Shown here piece after piece: positions 38,584-48,536 of a DNA stretch of 64,000 nucleotides; position 1 is the first letter of the stretch; every line of letters starts with the position of its first letter. The translations under genes were made by a program, and so were the position numbers. The DNA is from Sulfurimonas sp. Lineage in GTDB: Bacteria; Campylobacterota; Campylobacteria; Campylobacterales; Sulfurimonadaceae. Under the pieces are notes generated by a model, which saw nothing but the letters and a program-made list of their open reading frames with translations, was not told the DNA's origin and did not search any database. The stretch is from assembly GCF_026196735.1 (NCBI RefSeq), contig NZ_JAPHUF010000021.1, forward strand, positions 6,744 through 70,743, written 5' to 3'.

Positions 38584-40950
38584 ATGATAACAATTATAAA
38601 AAGAAACGGTAGAACAGAAACATTAGATATTACAAAAATACAGAAATACACTTCTGCAGCGGTAAAGGGCTTAGACAATGTATCTCAAAGTGAGCTGGAA
38701 GTTGATGCTCAGATTCACTTTCGTGACGGCATAACTTCAAAAGAGATACAAGAGACTCTTATTAAGACTGCTGTTGATAAAATAGATATAGACGCTCCCA
38801 ATTGGACATTTGTTGCTTCACGCCTATTTTTATTTAACATGTATCATCAGGTTAATGGTTTTACAGGTTACGGCTCACTTGAGGAGTACTTTGTCAGAGG
38901 AGAAAAAGAGGGCAGACTTCTTTTAGGTCTAAAAGAGATGTATGACTTAGACAAATTGGAAAAACACATCAAACCTGAGAGAGATATGCTATTTAACTAT
39001 CTAGGTGTTAAAACACTGTACGACAGATATCTAATCAAAGATAGCAAAGCCAATCCCATAGAGCTTCCACAGCACATGTTTATGGCTATAGCAATGTTCT
39101 TGGCTCAAAGAGAAGAAAACAAGCATGAATGGGCTGTAAAGTTCTATGACATGATTTCTCAATTTGAAGTAATGCTTGCAACACCGACTCTAAGTAATGC
39201 CAGAACAACAAGACATCAGCTAAGTTCTTGTTATATTGGTTCTACTCCTGATAATATCGAAGGTATCTTTGACTCTTACCAAGAGATGGCTATGCTGTCT
39301 AAGTTTGGTGGAGGTATCGGATGGGATTGGACAAATGTTCGTTCGATGGGTTCGTTTATTGATGGCCACAAAAATGCAGCAGGTGGTACAGTGCCATTTC
39401 TTAAAATCACAAATGACATTGCAATAGCTGTTGACCAGCTAGGAACAAGAAAAGGTGCAATCGCCGTTTATCTTGAACCTTGGCACATAGATGTAAATGA
39501 CTTTTTAGACCTGAAGAAAAATTCTGGTGAAGAGCGCCGTCGTGCTCATGACCTTTTCCCTTCCATGTGGCTCAATGATTTGTTTATGCAAAGAGTTGAA
39601 GAAGATGGTATTTGGACTCTTTTTGATCCTTATGATGTGAGGGAGTTAACTACACTTTATGGTGAAGAGTTTAACAAAAGATACAAAGAGCTCGAAGAAG
39701 ACGAAAGTATTGTAAAAGAAAAAATCAAAGCTAAAAATCTTTGGAAAAAGATACTAACATCTTACTTTGAAACAGGTTCACCGTTTTTATGTTTTAAAGA
39801 TAACGCTAACAGAGCTAACCCAAACAGTCATGCCGGCACCATAAGAAGTTCAAACCTTTGTACAGAAATATTTCAAAATACAAACCCTAACCATTACAAG
39901 ATAAAGTTTATTTTTGAAAATGGAGAGAGTATCTCTTATGAAGAAGAAGAGATAATAAAAGTTGACAGCGGAATAGAAAAACCTGCTAAAAAAGTTACAG
40001 CTCTTGACTCTATCGGCGGTATGCCAATCTATGTTGTTGAGAAAGAAAAAATAAACGGTGATACGGCTGTTTGTAATCTTGCTTCTGTAAACTTGTCTCG
40101 CATTAACACTAAAGAGGACATAGATAGAATCGTTCCTGTTGCTGTTAGATGTTTGGACAATGTTATTGACCTTAACTTCTACCCTGTTGAAAAAGTAAAA
40201 CGCACTAACATGAAAAGTCGCTCTATTGGTTTAGGTGTAATGGGTGAAGCGCAGATGTTAGCTGAGCAAGGTATAGCTTGGGGCTCACAAGAACATTTTG
40301 ATAAGATAGATGAGATTATGGAAGCTGTTAGCTATAACACTATCTCTGCATCTTCTGATTTAGCAGCAGAAAAAGGTATTTATCCTCAGTATGAAGGCTC
40401 TAAATGGAGTCAAGGTATCATGCCGATGGATCACGCAAATGCTCAAGTTTTAAACCTTGTTGACCGTGGTGGACTTTTTGCATCTTCTTATGAGTGGGAT
40501 GACTTAAGAGCTAAAGTAAAAAAACAAGGTATGAGAAATGGTTACTTGATGGCTGTCGCTCCTACAAGTTCTATATCTATTCTTACCGGAACAACTCAAG
40601 CAATTGAGCCGGTATATAAAAGAAAATGGTATGAGGAGAACCTCTCTGGTTTGATTCCGGTAGTTGTTCCTAACCTCTCTCCTGATACATGGTCTTACTA
40701 TACCCCAGCTTACGAGTTAAACCAAACACTTCTTATCAAAGCGGCTGCGATTCGTCAAAAATGGTTAGACCAAGGCCAATCACTAAACATATTTATTACA
40801 CTTGATAAAGCAAGTGGACGATACCTAAATGAGATATACATGTTAGCTTGGAAACTAGGTTTGAAATCTACTTATTACCTTCGTTCACAATCTCCAGAAG
40901 TTGCAAACGATGTAGAAGATAGAAGTATGGAGTGTGCAGGTTGTCAATAA
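38584..40950 (+). CDS. nrdA: Class Ia ribonucleotide reductase alpha subunit
   Basis: N-terminal ATP cone; SSCY, SNLCTE, APTSSIS, KSTYY and C-terminal CAGCQ motifs. Confidence 0.96.
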   Translation: MITIIKRNGRTETLDITKIQKYTSAAVKGLDNVSQSELEVDAQIHFRDGITSKEIQETLIKTAVDKIDIDAPNWTFVASRLFLFNMYHQVNGFTGYGSLEEYFVRGEKEGRLLLGLKEMYDLDKLEKHIKPERDMLFNYLGVKTLYDRYLIKDSKANPIELPQHMFMAIAMFLAQREENKHEWAVKFYDMISQFEVMLATPTLSNARTTRHQLSSCYIGSTPDNIEGIFDSYQEMAMLSKFGGGIGWDWTNVRSMGSFIDGHKNAAGGTVPFLKITNDIAIAVDQLGTRKGAIAVYLEPWHIDVNDFLDLKKNSGEERRRAHDLFPSMWLNDLFMQRVEEDGIWTLFDPYDVRELTTLYGEEFNKRYKELEEDESIVKEKIKAKNLWKKILTSYFETGSPFLCFKDNANRANPNSHAGTIRSSNLCTEIFQNTNPNHYKIKFIFENGESISYEEEEIIKVDSGIEKPAKKVTALDSIGGMPIYVVEKEKINGDTAVCNLASVNLSRINTKEDIDRIVPVAVRCLDNVIDLNFYPVEKVKRTNMKSRSIGLGVMGEAQMLAEQGIAWGSQEHFDKIDEIMEAVSYNTISASSDLAAEKGIYPQYEGSKWSQGIMPMDHANAQVLNLVDRGGLFASSYEWDDLRAKVKKQGMRNGYLMAVAPTSSISILTGTTQAIEPVYKRKWYEENLSGLIPVVVPNLSPDTWSYYTPAYELNQTLLIKAAAIRQKWLDQGQSLNIFITLDKASGRYLNEIYMLAWKLGLKSTYYLRSQSPEVANDVEDRSMECAGCQ

Positions 40951-40951
40951 A

Positions 40952-41317
40952 ATGAAGCCACTTCTAAAAAAAGATTTACCGACTTTCTTAAAAAGATTTG
41001 GTAATTTTGTTGACTGTGAATTTCGTTCCATAGATATAACTTCACCAACAACAATGTTAGTGACCTTGGCTGCTCAAGACAGTGCCAGAGGCTTTGACTG
41101 GTTAAGTATAAAACTAGAGTTTAGTGGTGTTAGCGATGCGAGAGTACTCGAAAATTCTAAACTCTCCCTTATAGATACGGATGAGGGCATAAATATTATC
41201 TATGAAGATGACAAATATGTATTTGGCATTGGAAACTACACAAACTTATCGAGCATACAAAACTCTACATGTTATATAACATCATCTACTCTTAAATATG
41301 AAGAAGGCGCTTTTTAA
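40952..41317 (+). CDS. Hypothetical protein
   Basis: Open frame starting 1 nt after the nrdA stop; start placed at ATG 40952. Confidence 0.7.
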   Translation: MKPLLKKDLPTFLKRFGNFVDCEFRSIDITSPTTMLVTLAAQDSARGFDWLSIKLEFSGVSDARVLENSKLSLIDTDEGINIIYEDDKYVFGIGNYTNLSSIQNSTCYITSSTLKYEEGAF

Positions 41318-41414
41318 ACTTTTTATTATTAACTTTTTATTATCCATTCATTAGCACTCTGTAAACAATTTAGTTATAAACTTAAACAATAAATATCAAG
41401 ACAGGGGAATACAA

Positions 41415-42797
41415 ATGAAAAATCTGATTTTAATATGTGTAGTTGCTCTAACAATGCTTTATGCAGGAGATAGTGTAGAATTCAAATATGCTGATACTGA
41501 TACACAAAGAAAACATCCAACAGCTCAAGACCATATACTGTCATATAACAATATATTAGAGACCGTAAGAACAACTGTTGTAAATATCTCAACAACTAAA
41601 ACTGTAAAAAACGGTGGCTATGCAAACCCTTTTATGGATGATCCTTTTTTTAGAGAGTTTTTTAGAGGACAAGGAAGAATTCCTCAAGAGAGAATCCAAA
41701 GTGCCTTAGGTTCAGGTGTTATAATCTCTGAAAATGGCTATATAGTTACTAACAACCATGTGGTTGAAGGTGCTGATAAAATCAAAGTAACTATTGCCGG
41801 AAATAAAAAAGAGTATGAAGCGAAGATAATAGGTAAAGATAAAAAGAGTGATCTAGCAATCATAAAAATAGAAGCTAAAGATTTAAATGCTGTAACCTTT
41901 TACAACTCTGACAAAGTAAAAGTTGGCGATGTTGTATTTGCTCTTGGCAATCCGTTTGGAGTTGGTGAGACTATAACTCAGGGCATAGTATCTGCAACAG
42001 GACGAAGCGGTGTCGGAATTGTTGAATATGAAGATTTTATACAGACTGACGCCTCTATAAATCCAGGAAATTCAGGTGGTGCACTTATAAATTCTGCAGG
42101 ACATCTTATAGGAATAAACTCAGCAATAATCTCAAAATCCGGTGGAAATGTAGGGATAGGATTTGCAATCCCATCAAATATGGTTACTTCAATAGCAACT
42201 CAACTGATAGACAAAGGCGAATTTACGAGAGCTTATCTAGGTGTAACGATTTCAGATGTTAGTGATGACATGAGTAGTTTTTATAACAATAAATATGGAG
42301 CATTGATAACAGGAGTAGAAGAGAACTCTCCAGCTGAAAAATCCGGTCTAAAGCGTGGAGATTTAATTATCTCTGTCAATAGTAAAAAAATTAAAAGTGC
42401 AAGTGATTTAAAAAACACTATAGGCTCTTACGAACCATCAAAAATTGTAAATATTAAATTTCTACGAGATAAAAAAATAAAAACATTAAATGTAAAACTA
42501 GCCTCACTTGATAACAAATCTGTAACAGGAGAAACTACATATAAAGGAATGAATCTATCAGAACTGGTTACAACTGACAGACAAAAATTGCGCAGCAATG
42601 TAAACGGTGTGATAGTTACAGATGTAGAAAATGGCAGTGAAGCGTATAATAGCGGAGTAAGAGAGGGCGATGTAATAATCCAAATAGAAAACATAGAGAT
42701 TAACTCGCTGAAAGATTTCAAAAGAGCAACAGCTTCAAAAAATAAAAAAAGGTTTTTTGTTTATCGCAGAGGCTCTATTTTCGCGATAGTTTTATAA
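41415..42797 (+). CDS. htrA: HtrA/DegP (Do) periplasmic serine protease, two PDZ domains
   Basis: GSGVI, TNNHVV, SDLA and QTDASINPGNSGG motifs. Confidence 0.95.
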   Translation: MKNLILICVVALTMLYAGDSVEFKYADTDTQRKHPTAQDHILSYNNILETVRTTVVNISTTKTVKNGGYANPFMDDPFFREFFRGQGRIPQERIQSALGSGVIISENGYIVTNNHVVEGADKIKVTIAGNKKEYEAKIIGKDKKSDLAIIKIEAKDLNAVTFYNSDKVKVGDVVFALGNPFGVGETITQGIVSATGRSGVGIVEYEDFIQTDASINPGNSGGALINSAGHLIGINSAIISKSGGNVGIGFAIPSNMVTSIATQLIDKGEFTRAYLGVTISDVSDDMSSFYNNKYGALITGVEENSPAEKSGLKRGDLIISVNSKKIKSASDLKNTIGSYEPSKIVNIKFLRDKKIKTLNVKLASLDNKSVTGETTYKGMNLSELVTTDRQKLRSNVNGVIVTDVENGSEAYNSGVREGDVIIQIENIEINSLKDFKRATASKNKKRFFVYRRGSIFAIVL

Positions 42798-42812
42798 CAA
42801 TTAGGAGAAAAA

Positions 42813-43235
42813 ATGAGAATTGTCTGTCCACATTGTAAAAGTGTCAATAATGTTGCACAAAAAGATTCATACAAAAAAGCCAATTGCGGTAAATGTAAAG
42901 AGTCTCTTTTGGATACAAAACCTATAGAGTTAACAACTGATAATTTTGATGAAGTTGTTGTTAACAGTGATATACCTGTAATAGTTGACTTTTGGGCTCC
43001 ATGGTGTGGTCCATGCAAGATGATGGGACCAAACTTTGAAAAAAGTGCAAAAAACTTTCCCTTAAAAACACTTTTTACAAAAGTAAACACTGAAAATGAA
43101 CAAAATCTTGGTGCCAGATTTGGCATAAGAAGTATACCTACTCTTATAATATTTAAAAACGGCAAAGAGGCTCACAGGGTATCTGGCGCTTTGGATGAAA
43201 ACAGCTTAAATAATTTAGTATCACAATTTATGTAA
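42813..43235 (+). CDS. trxC: Thioredoxin 2 (Zn-binding)
   Basis: CPHC...CGKC zinc motifs plus WCGPC. Confidence 0.93.
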   Translation: MRIVCPHCKSVNNVAQKDSYKKANCGKCKESLLDTKPIELTTDNFDEVVVNSDIPVIVDFWAPWCGPCKMMGPNFEKSAKNFPLKTLFTKVNTENEQNLGARFGIRSIPTLIIFKNGKEAHRVSGALDENSLNNLVSQFM

Positions 43236-43286
43236 CAATTAAGAACTATTGCAATAGTATTTTATTATATTACAAAAGGATATATT

Positions 43287-44567
43287 GTGAATAAAGATAC
43301 TATAACACTAACAAACAATCGTGATGCTAAAAGTTATGAATTTCCAATACTCAACGCAACTGTTGGTCCATCTGTAGTTGATATATCAACATTCTACAAA
43401 GAGACCGATATGTTCACTTATGATGAAGGTTATACATCTACCGCTTCTTGTCGTTCGTCTATAACATATATTGATGGCGAAAAAGGCAAGCTTATGTATC
43501 GTGGTTATGATATCGCATATCTAGCCAAGAAAAAAACTTTTTTAGATACAGCTTACCTTCTTTTAAATGGTGAATTACCAAACAAAGAAGAGTTGGACAA
43601 CTTTTCATTTGAGATGCAAAAGCGCTCATTTGTTAATGAAGGTGTAAAAAACCTTTTTGATGCTTTTCCAGACCATGCTCACCCTATGGCAATACTCTCA
43701 GCAGGTGTTTCAGCTCTCTCTGCATTCTATTACAAGCATTTAGAGATAAATACTAAAGAAGAGTATAAAGAGATGGCAAATAGAATAGTGGCAAAGATTC
43801 CTACTCTAGCAGCATTTTCACATAGATACTCTAATGGTTTACCCATTATATATCCTGATATGAACAGAGGTTTTACAGAAAACTTTCTTTACATGTTAAG
43901 ATCATACCCTCACAACTATGTAGAACTAAAAGAGATAGAAATAAAAGCACTCGACACAATCTTTACTCTTCACGCCGACCATGAACAAAATGCCTCTACT
44001 ACGGCTGTAAGAAATCTGGCATCAACCAATGCTCACCCTTATGCAGCTATAAGTGCCGGTATTGGTGCTTTATGGGGGAAAAGTCATGGTGGAGCTAATG
44101 AGAGTGTTATTCGTCAACTAGAGATGATAGGAAGTGTTGATAGAGTGGATGAGTTTATTGCAAAAGCTAAAGACAAAGAAGATCCATTTAGACTTATGGG
44201 ATTTGGACATCGCGTATATAAAAACTTTGACCCGCGAGCGACTATACTAAAAGATATTCGTAATGAACTAATGCATGAGCTGGGAATCAGCAGCGAGCTT
44301 GTAGATGTAGCAAATAAAATAGAAGAGATTGCTCTAAGCGATGAATATTTTATAAGTCGTAATTTATACCCAAATATTGATTTTTATTCGGGATTAATTC
44401 TTCAAGCGCTTAAAATTCCAAAAGAGATGTTTGCGGTTATTTTTGTAATCGGCAGAACACCTGGCTGGATTGCTCAGTGGAGTGAGTTGAATAAACAAAA
44501 AACTATAAAAATCGCCCGTCCTCGTCAACTCTACACAGGTCCAAATGACAGAACTCCAGAGTATTAA
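43287..44567 (+). CDS. gltA: Citrate synthase
   Basis: IDGEKGKLMYRG, HADHEQNAST, GFGHRVYK and PNIDFYSG motifs. Confidence 0.95.
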   Translation: MNKDTITLTNNRDAKSYEFPILNATVGPSVVDISTFYKETDMFTYDEGYTSTASCRSSITYIDGEKGKLMYRGYDIAYLAKKKTFLDTAYLLLNGELPNKEELDNFSFEMQKRSFVNEGVKNLFDAFPDHAHPMAILSAGVSALSAFYYKHLEINTKEEYKEMANRIVAKIPTLAAFSHRYSNGLPIIYPDMNRGFTENFLYMLRSYPHNYVELKEIEIKALDTIFTLHADHEQNASTTAVRNLASTNAHPYAAISAGIGALWGKSHGGANESVIRQLEMIGSVDRVDEFIAKAKDKEDPFRLMGFGHRVYKNFDPRATILKDIRNELMHELGISSELVDVANKIEEIALSDEYFISRNLYPNIDFYSGLILQALKIPKEMFAVIFVIGRTPGWIAQWSELNKQKTIKIARPRQLYTGPNDRTPEY

Positions 44568-44579
44568 CAACTCTGGAGT
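44553..44579. terminator. Hairpin between convergent gltA and ppnP
   Basis: ACTCCAGAGT-7nt-ACTCTGGAGT perfect 10-bp stem. Confidence 0.55.
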
Positions 44580-44606
44580 ATATTATTATAAAAAAATTGT
44601 ATTTTA

Positions 44607-44918
44607 CTATTTAATGTATGAGCAGCAGTAGTCTGTTACCGTTTTGATTTTAACATCAAAAGATGAATTGGCAGGCACATTAAAACTCTCCGGCGTATTT
44701 AAAGTTTTCCAATCTTCTCCGGGAAGTTTTACATTTAGCTCTCCGCTTTGCATCTCCATTATTTCAGCATCGTTGGTACCAAATGTGTAATCACCAGGCA
44801 ACATAATTCCAAGAGATTTTATAGAGCCATCAGCAAATTCAACTGTTCTACTTGTAACTTTTCCATCATAATAGATATTTGCTTCTTTTACTACACTAAC
44901 ATTTTCAAGTTTTGACAT
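44607..44918 (-). CDS. ppnP: Pyrimidine/purine nucleoside phosphorylase (YaiE/PpnP)
   Basis: ANIYYDGKVTSR, GIMLPGDYTFGT and YCCSY motifs. Confidence 0.9.
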   Translation of the reverse strand: MSKLENVSVVKEANIYYDGKVTSRTVEFADGSIKSLGIMLPGDYTFGTNDAEIMEMQSGELNVKLPGEDWKTLNTPESFNVPANSSFDVKIKTVTDYCCSYIK

Positions 44919-44950
44919 GTCTAACCTTTTTTTGTCTTATTATAACTAAA

Positions 44951-45907
44951 CTATTCCCAATCAAGCAGTCTTTGCTGACCTTCAAGACCTCTAATGTGAG
45001 TAACATCTTGAGAAACTTCTATAACACCTTTATAATTACCCTCATCATCTCTAATTGCAAAATAACGGATGTGAATAAATTTACCTTTAAAAGTTATCCA
45101 AAATTCAGCTTCATCTCTGCGACCGGCTTTAAATTCACGAAGAATCATCAATACTTGGTCAACAGATTTTGGAGGATGACAGAACTTAACTTCACGGCCG
45201 ATAATCCCTGCACTTCTTGGGAAAACTCTATCTTCACCGCGATTATAAAATATTACAATGTCATTTTCATCAACATAAGTGATATCAACAGGCATAAACT
45301 TAAGTAGCCAGTTAATCTGTTCAGGAAGCATATGACCTTGTTCTAAATCTATCCTGCCATCAAGTGAAAATGGAAGTTTTCTTTTTTTGGTATCTTGTGA
45401 TGGATGAACATATTCATCAGAAGTGTGTGCCGGATAAGGAACTGGTGCTTCGTCAAACATCCAACCTATCTCCTCATCTCCATCACGCATCTCTTTCCAG
45501 TCATCTTCTTGAAGCATCTCTAAAGCTCTTGGAAGAAGCCTGCCTTCCTCAACCTGCATGATATGCTCTAAATTGTGAAAAAGATTTTGTAGTGCCATAC
45601 TCAGTGATTGAATTTCGTTAGCCTCTACTAAATTTCTTGTTTGTTTGATTATCGCACGAATATCATCATGAAATGCCCACATATTTTGTGAAGGTGATGT
45701 CCATCCGTACTGCTCTAAATATGGAAATAATTGATTTTCTTTTCTTGCAAAATGTTTTTCTACCAGACATAGTCTTGCAAATTTTTCTTTAAACTCTTCA
45801 TTGTTATCTTGAATATTAATGCTGTTAATACTAGCCATCAATCCGCGAATAAGTTGATTTTCTTCTAAATATACTCTTACTGGGTGACCCTCAGGTAAAT
45901 TATTCAT
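44951..45907 (-). CDS. DUF438 hemerythrin-like plus PAS domain protein
   Basis: GHPV, HFARKENQLFP, H..HIMQVEE; C-terminal ITYVDEND..FYN..FPR..CHPPKS. Confidence 0.8.
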   Translation of the reverse strand: MNNLPEGHPVRVYLEENQLIRGLMASINSINIQDNNEEFKEKFARLCLVEKHFARKENQLFPYLEQYGWTSPSQNMWAFHDDIRAIIKQTRNLVEANEIQSLSMALQNLFHNLEHIMQVEEGRLLPRALEMLQEDDWKEMRDGDEEIGWMFDEAPVPYPAHTSDEYVHPSQDTKKRKLPFSLDGRIDLEQGHMLPEQINWLLKFMPVDITYVDENDIVIFYNRGEDRVFPRSAGIIGREVKFCHPPKSVDQVLMILREFKAGRRDEAEFWITFKGKFIHIRYFAIRDDEGNYKGVIEVSQDVTHIRGLEGQQRLLDWE

Positions 45908-45988
45908 TTATTGCCTTAGTGATTTAATTGAGGGATTATACTCTGTTTATAATTTTTAGCGTTTGATATGAAACAAGATAAAAAGTTA

Positions 45989-46465
45989 TTATTGCTTTAG
46001 TTTTACTCTTTGTGAGTGAGTTATAGCAACTGCTATGGCATCAGTGATATCAAGCGGTTTTATCTCTTTTTTTATATTTAAAAGTCTCTTTACCATAAAT
46101 GAAACTTGTTCTTTTGTAGCTTTACCGTTTCCAGTTAATGCCTGCTTAACTTGAAGTGCCGTATATTCACTAAACTGTCCAAACTGCTGAAGTACTGTAA
46201 GCATAATCGCTCCGCGAAATTGAGCTAATTTTATAGTTGTTTTTGGATTATGCGCATAAAAGATATCTTCTATGGCAACTTCATCAATTTTATGATTTTT
46301 AAATATACTCTCAAAAGCTTCAACCATTTGTGGAATTTGAAATTGTAATTCATCCGCTTTTATTTTGATAAGACCTGCTTCAAGAAGTGATATTTTACCC
46401 TTATCTAAAAATATAAGAGCATAACCCATATTTCTCGTTCCTGGATCTATTCCAAGAATTATCAT
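45989..46465 (-). CDS. ruvC: Holliday junction resolvase
   Basis: [22 protein letters not shown] and DAIAVAITH motifs. Confidence 0.96.
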   Translation of the reverse strand: MIILGIDPGTRNMGYALIFLDKGKISLLEAGLIKIKADELQFQIPQMVEAFESIFKNHKIDEVAIEDIFYAHNPKTTIKLAQFRGAIMLTVLQQFGQFSEYTALQVKQALTGNGKATKEQVSFMVKRLLNIKKEIKPLDITDAIAVAITHSQRVKLKQ

Positions 46466-46800
46466 TAAGCGTATTCTTTTGCATCTTCATATTTAGTAAA
46501 TACTGAAATTATTATAAGAAATATAATTCCTAAAAGCGTTGATACTAAATACACATTTACCGATCCATACATTTCTATATTGGCAAAAAGTGCAAAAATA
46601 GCCAGTATAAAAAGCATATTTTTAAATATTGTTTCTATTTCTAACAGTTTCATAACTGAGTAAACAGCTATAAAGACTAAAGCCAATACAGTTATTAATG
46701 ATTCAACATCAGTTGTTGAAGTCAGCATCTGTAACAAACCAAACATCGCATACAGTGTGCTAACAATAAAATCTATACCAAAATAAATACTTTCATGCAT
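46465..46800 (-). CDS. Hypothetical small membrane protein (about 4 TM)
   Basis: 111 aa, hydrophobic; AGGA SD; stop overlaps the ruvC start. Confidence 0.7.
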   Translation of the reverse strand: MHESIYFGIDFIVSTLYAMFGLLQMLTSTTDVESLITVLALVFIAVYSVMKLLEIETIFKNMLFILAIFALFANIEMYGSVNVYLVSTLLGIIFLIIISVFTKYEDAKEYA

Positions 46801-47054
46801 TTAGGAATCCTTTTTTATTTATTAAAATACTAATAGCAAGCTTGATACCATATTTTAGTTTCATAATATTATTCACACTTAATAAAATTAGTTATTCACA
46901 TTAAAATGCTCAAGCAAACAAGGGTTTTTTGTTGCTTATAAGTTCACAGCTATAGGCATTGTCATAATGTGACCAGTGATGACTTAACAATACTTTATGT
47001 TATAAAAAGATATTATTCACATTTAATTAACTTTACGAGGTTTTGTGTGAATAT
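46801..47054. other. oriC1: DnaA-box cluster upstream of dnaA
   Basis: TTATTCACA at 46869, 46892 and 47013; AAGTTCACA at about 46940; reverse TGTGAATAT at 47046..47054. Confidence 0.8.
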
Positions 47055-48357
47055 AGGTCAAAAGATATTATTACTATTAAAAGAAGAGATAACAGAAGTT
47101 GAATATAACAGATATATAAAACATCTAACATATGATACAAAAAAATCTACTGCCGATTTAGCCATCTTTTATGCTCCAAACAACCTAGTTTCAAACTGGA
47201 TAAGAAATAAATACACAATAAAAATAGAACATCTGTTTGAAGTAAACACTAACAGAAAGGTTACTGTTAATATTACACTGAAAAATTTTGTTGATAAAAG
47301 AAAAACTAAACAAGCAGTTGAACAAAAACCTTCTATACACTCTCTTTTAAACCCTTCACATACTTTTGATAACTTTATGGTTGGTGGCTCCAACCAATTT
47401 GCATACTCAGCAGTGAAAAGTGTTAGTGAAAAAGCTGGAGAACTTTATAATCCTCTTTTTATCCACGGTGGTGTTGGTCTTGGTAAAACTCACCTTATGC
47501 AGGCAGCCGGTAATGTTTTTCAAAATCAAGGAAAAATTGTTATTTACACAACAGTAGAACAATTTTTAAATGACTTTATTAGACACATAAGAAACAAGAC
47601 TATGGATAGATTTCAAGAGAAATATCGTAAATGTGATGTTCTTCTTATTGATGATATTCAATTTTTAAGCAACAAAGAAAATATACAAGAGGAATTCTTT
47701 CACACTTTTGAAGCTCTAAAAGGTACCGGAAAGCAGATTATTCTTACAGCAGATAAACATCCTAAAAAAATCGGTGGTTTAGAAAAACGACTTCAAAGCC
47801 GTTTTGAACATGGTCTTGTTGCTGATATACAACCTCCAGAACTTGAAACAAAAATTGCTATTATTAAAAATAAATGTGAAATCAATAAAGTCGTACTTAC
47901 AAACGATATTATAAACTATATTGCTACTGTTATAGAGAGTAATGTGCGTGAAATAGAAGGAATACTTTCAAAACTGCATGCTTATTCTCAACTAATGCAT
48001 GTTGATATAGATCTGCCATTTACAAAAAATATATTAAAAGACCAGATGCAAGAAAATCGTGCAAATCTAACTCTGGATAATATCACTAAAAGTGTTGCAA
48101 AAGATTTAAATATAAAACCTAGTGAACTTCGTTCAAAAGGCAGAAGTAAAAATCTTGTTTATGCAAGAAGAATCGCTATATATTTATGCCGTGAATTAAC
48201 TCAAAACACTATGCCTCAACTAGCTCAATACTTTGGTATGAAAGACCACACAGCTATTAGTCATACTTTAAAAAAGATAAATGAACTACTTGAAAACGAT
48301 GAAGATTTCAAAGTTAAAATAGAAGAATTGACAAATAAAATTACTTCATCTTCTTAA
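47047..48357 (+). CDS. dnaA: Chromosomal replication initiator
   Basis: YNPLFIHGGVGLGKTHL, LLIDDIQ, RLQSRF and GMKDHTAI motifs; real start probably GTG 47047 behind GAGG rather than 46969. Confidence 0.97.
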   Translation: MNIGQKILLLLKEEITEVEYNRYIKHLTYDTKKSTADLAIFYAPNNLVSNWIRNKYTIKIEHLFEVNTNRKVTVNITLKNFVDKRKTKQAVEQKPSIHSLLNPSHTFDNFMVGGSNQFAYSAVKSVSEKAGELYNPLFIHGGVGLGKTHLMQAAGNVFQNQGKIVIYTTVEQFLNDFIRHIRNKTMDRFQEKYRKCDVLLIDDIQFLSNKENIQEEFFHTFEALKGTGKQIILTADKHPKKIGGLEKRLQSRFEHGLVADIQPPELETKIAIIKNKCEINKVVLTNDIINYIATVIESNVREIEGILSKLHAYSQLMHVDIDLPFTKNILKDQMQENRANLTLDNITKSVAKDLNIKPSELRSKGRSKNLVYARRIAIYLCRELTQNTMPQLAQYFGMKDHTAISHTLKKINELLENDEDFKVKIEELTNKITSSS

Positions 48358-48536
48358 AAAATAAAAAAAGTAGTAAAAAAAAGATATAATTCTCTATGTG
48401 AACAATTGTGAAAAGAGTTAGATATGTTCGTCACATCTAAAGAACTCTTAAAGTAGGGACTCTATAGTGTTTTTCACATATTCACTATCCCCTACTACTA
48501 ATACTATAATTTATATATAATAAATAGGAAATTCAT
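48358..48536. other. oriC2: DnaA boxes, DnaA-trios and AT-rich unwinding element
   Basis: Boxes TGTGAACAA 48397, TGTGAAAAG 48407, TTTTTCACA 48470, ATATTCACT 48478; C-run, then CTA CTA CTA ATA CTA trios 48492..48506 and an AT-rich tract; by eye the + strand becomes G-rich downstream. Confidence 0.85.

Noticed and set aside
39850-40070. Insertion in NrdA after the NLCTE motif, considered as a possible intein
   Set aside because: It is short and lacks the C/S start, HN-C end and LAGLIDADG motifs; it is consistent with a lineage-typical insertion.
43287-44567. Citrate synthase in a presumed reverse-TCA autotroph
   Set aside because: Co-occurrence is known in this group, and no rTCA genes are in the window to support a stronger claim.
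45960-45975. CGTTTGATATGAAACA as a fourth parS
   Set aside because: It is only 12/16 with one intact half-site, which can arise by chance in AT-rich DNA.
46969-47046. 26-aa N-terminal extension on DnaA implied by the ORF track
   Set aside because: It runs through oriC1 boxes, and a better SD plus GTG at 47047 gives a normal-length DnaA.
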